DNA of 64,000 nucleotides from Pseudovirgaria hyperparasitica (Eukaryota): NCBI GenBank assembly GCA_010093815.1, contig ML996588.1; one strand, 5' to 3'. Shown piece by piece: positions 61,120 to 64,000 of this stretch (position 1 is its first letter; each line of letters starts with the position of its first letter). The notes under the pieces were generated by a model. It saw only the letters and a program-made list of their open reading frames with translations, ran no database searches and was not told where the DNA came from. The position numbers and the translations under genes were made by a program.

Positions 61120-63125
61120 ATGTTGGGAACTGCCACTGCCTTTGCCCTCTTTGGGCTGCTGTCCACAGTCAGCGCGTTTCCCACGCCTGCGTACGGCAAA
61201 GCCCCTTTCAAGACTCGCCAAACTGGTGGTCTTGGGCCACTCGACCTCCTGGGCAGCGCATATGGCGTTCCGGCCCCGAATCAAACCTTTGACTACATCG
61301 TTGTTGGCGGCGGCAATGCGGGTCTGACTATCGCGGCACGGTTGGCAGAAGTTCCCACGAACCGCGTGGCCGTGATCGAGGCGGGGACGTTCTACGAGTT
61401 GAGCAACGGAAACAACAGCGAGACCCCAGCAACGGACATTACATATGTCGGAAAGGCGCTGGACGATTGGCATCCGGGTATTGACTGGGGTTTTGCTACG
61501 ACACCGCAAGCTGTACGCAATCTTGCCCCTGTACAACATAACAAGAACTAACAGATCTAGGGTCTCGACGGGGACGTCAGTCACTATGCGCGTGGAAAGG
61601 TTCTGGGTGGGAGCTCTGCACGAAACTACATGACATACCACGCACCGACAACAGAGTCGCTTCAGATGTGGGCAGATATGGTGGACGACCAGAGCTACAC
61701 TTTCGAAAACTTCTACCCCTACTACAAGAAGAGTCAGGGGTTCACGGAGCCGGACATGTCGCGCCGCTTTCCCAACGCCACAGTCGACTACGATCCGGAC
61801 TCTTTCGGCACTGACGGTCCTCTCTCTGTTATCTATCCCAACTACGCGACTGCGTTTGCAACATGGGCGAAACGTGCGTTTGCCGAAGTTGGCATGCCTG
61901 ACATTCCAGGTTTCACGAGTGGGCAATTGATCGGAAACGCATATGGCCCAGCAACTATCCAGTACGAAACCAACGTCCGCGATTCCTCAGAGACAGCCTT
62001 CCTGCGCCCCTACCTCGACCAAGACTACCCGAACCTCATCGTCTTCAACCACCACCTCGCCACCCGTATCATCTTCGACGGTACCCGTGCCACCGGTGTC
62101 GAGGTCGACACCAACGGCTTCGTCTACACCATCGCAGCAACCAGCGAAGTCATCGTCTCCGCCGGCGCCTTCCAATCTCCGCAACTGCTCATGGTCTCCG
62201 GCATCGGGCCCGCCGAGGTGCTCTCCGCAAACAACATCCCCGTCATCGCCGACCGCCCAGGCGTCGGCCAGAACATGTGGGACCACGTCCTCTTCGGGCC
62301 CTCATACCGCGTCAACGTACTCACCGGCTCCGCCATGGCCGACCCCGTCTACACGGCCGAGCAAGTCCGCCTCTTCAACGAAGAACGCCGCGGCGCCCTC
62401 GCCAGCCCCAACAACGACGTCTTCGCCTGGGAGAAACTCCCGCACCGCAACTGGTCCTCCTCCGTCGAGTCCGCCCTGCGCTCCTTCCCAGCCGACTGGC
62501 CCGAGATCGAGTACATCGCCCCGCAAGGCTACTTTGGCTACTGCGAAAACTTCAACCGCGACGCGCCCGTAGACGGCTTCAACTACGCCTCCGTCGTCGC
62601 CGGCCTCGTCGCCCCGCTGTCCCGCGGCAACATCTCCATTTCCTCCGCCGACATGCGCGACGCCCCGCTCATCAACCCGAACTGGCTCACCCACGAGGCC
62701 GACATTGCCGTGGCCATCGCCAGCTACAGACGCACGCGCGACATCTGGAACGCGCCTAGCTTGCGCAACATCACCATCGGCCCGGAGTATTTCCCGGGCG
62801 AGTTCGAGCCCAGTCGCACGGACGCCGAGCTGTTGGCGCTGATCAAGAAGTCTGTTAGTACCATCTTCCATGCGAGCTGTACGTGTGCCATGGGCCGCGA
62901 GGATGATGAGAATGCGGTTGTGGATACGCGGGCGCGGGTCATTGGTGCTCAGGGCTTGAGGGTGGTGGATGCGAGCTCGTTTCCGATTCTGCCGCCGGGG
63001 CATCCGATGAGTACTGTTTGTAAGTCTTGCGCTGGTGTTGTGACGCTTGGACTGCTTGCTGACTTGATGATGTAGATGCGCTTGCGGAGAAGATTGCGGA
63101 CGATATCAAGAATGGGTCCTCGTGA
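61120..63125 (+). CDS. Secreted GMC oxidoreductase (AA3; choline dehydrogenase/versicolorin B synthase-like)
   Basis: Signal peptide, FDYIVVGGGNAG, RGKVLGGSSARNY, SAGAFQSPQLLMVSGIG, VGQNMWDH, IFHASCTC, LRVVDASSFP, GHPMSTVYALAEK. Introns 61513-61560 and 63020-63075. Confidence 0.94.
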
Positions 63126-63357
63126 CTGGGCTTGTCTGTATAGGTCGACGCTTTGCGATGGAGTAGAGGGAGTCTGGGAGGTGTATACATAATTTCCTTG
63201 TCATAGCGGGTGTTTTGTTGGGGGGGGGAGTTTTGTATGCATAATCTCATTGTTCGTAGCAGGGCGTTTCGTTCGTTGTATATGATACATCATCTATAGC
63301 ATAAGTTCATCATCTTCCCGTACCCGCTTTGTCATCTCCAATCTCGCATGTCGATAA

Positions 63358-63974
63358 CTAACATCCCTCCCCACCCTCTCCGCTCCTCCCCACCGGCACC
63401 CACCCCTTCGGCCTCTCCCGGCCCCGTATCACGAGCTCATACGACGCCTTCTCCACCTTCTCCACACTCTGCCTCACAACAACCATCTTCTTCTCCAACT
63501 GCCCTCCAAACCAACTCCCCTCCTGCACATCCAGCGCCTCCAGCACCATCCTCACATCACGCAAATCATCCAACAACAATCTCCCTTGCCCCTTTTCCTC
63601 TCCCTGCCCCTTGTCCCCACCCGTAACACCCCTCTCCGCAGCCCCCAAAACACCAACCCGCATAACCTCGCCCGTGAAATCACACATCCCAAGCACATAA
63701 TCCTCCACCCCGATACCCACACCTCCACCCACACAGATACCCAGCCGCGCAAACACCCCACAACACTCCTCATACGACAACAACGTGCGCGTAGTAATGT
63801 AGCGCTCGAAACACAGCGCCTCGATATATTCCTGATTCGCGCCCGTGAGGTTCACGGCGTAGCGATGCGCGTTGGGCCCGTGCAGATCGGGCGCTATGGA
63901 GGCGTAGAAGGCGGCGATTGTGCTGTGGAAGGAGGCTGTTGACGGGGTGGGCGTGCGGTGGAGGGCGAAGATGC
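63358..63974 (-). CDS. Translin-associated protein X (TRAX, C3PO subunit), last exon; gene continues beyond the window
   Basis: IFALHR, QEYIEALCF, DYVLGMCDFTGEVMR, KKM..VRQSVEKVEKASYELVIRGRE. Branch point GCTAAC plus AAG acceptor at ~63975. Confidence 0.85.
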
Positions 63975-64000
63975 TTTGGGGAGGTACATGTTAGCTGGTA

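Noticed and set aside
61111..63003. 271-aa and 233-aa - strand ORFs
   Set aside because: Antisense shadows of the GMC oxidoreductase.
1..64000. CRISPR arrays, rRNA, intact tRNA, TPP riboswitch, intact transposon ORFs
   Set aside because: None recognised. The tandem repeats are short microsatellites without spacers, and no transposase/RT motifs were seen.

Overview
Gene-dense eukaryotic window from a filamentous ascomycete (Pezizomycotina, probably Dothideomycete-like). The evidence is short GT-AG introns with CTRAC branch points and AT/TpA-rich patches resembling RIP. It holds about 25 protein-coding genes. Housekeeping genes: EMP24-like 3' end, NBP35, UBA1, bioDA, PAT1, U2A'/LEA1, TRAX 3' part. 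Metabolic/accessory genes: PhoD-like phosphatase, two MFS transporters, FAD oxidoreductase, GH76, GH43 arabinanase, P450, SDR, GMC oxidase. There are also two degenerate HET-domain loci. Highlights: (1) an intronless, signal-peptide-less ORF at 40453-41247 with an aerolysin/lysenin/monalysin-type pore-forming signature, just downstream of a RIP-like mutated HET relic; (2) a succinyl-CoA synthetase alpha+beta single-chain gene (20815-22997) whose linker looks like an internal mitochondrial presequence and whose beta part has lost the ATP-grasp nucleotide-binding motifs; (3) a UBA1 with a remodelled, extended E2-binding C-terminus; (4) a divergent pair of paralogous His/Val-rich proteins. No CRISPR, rRNA or intact tRNA was recognised. 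All family assignments are from motif recognition by eye, not database searches.
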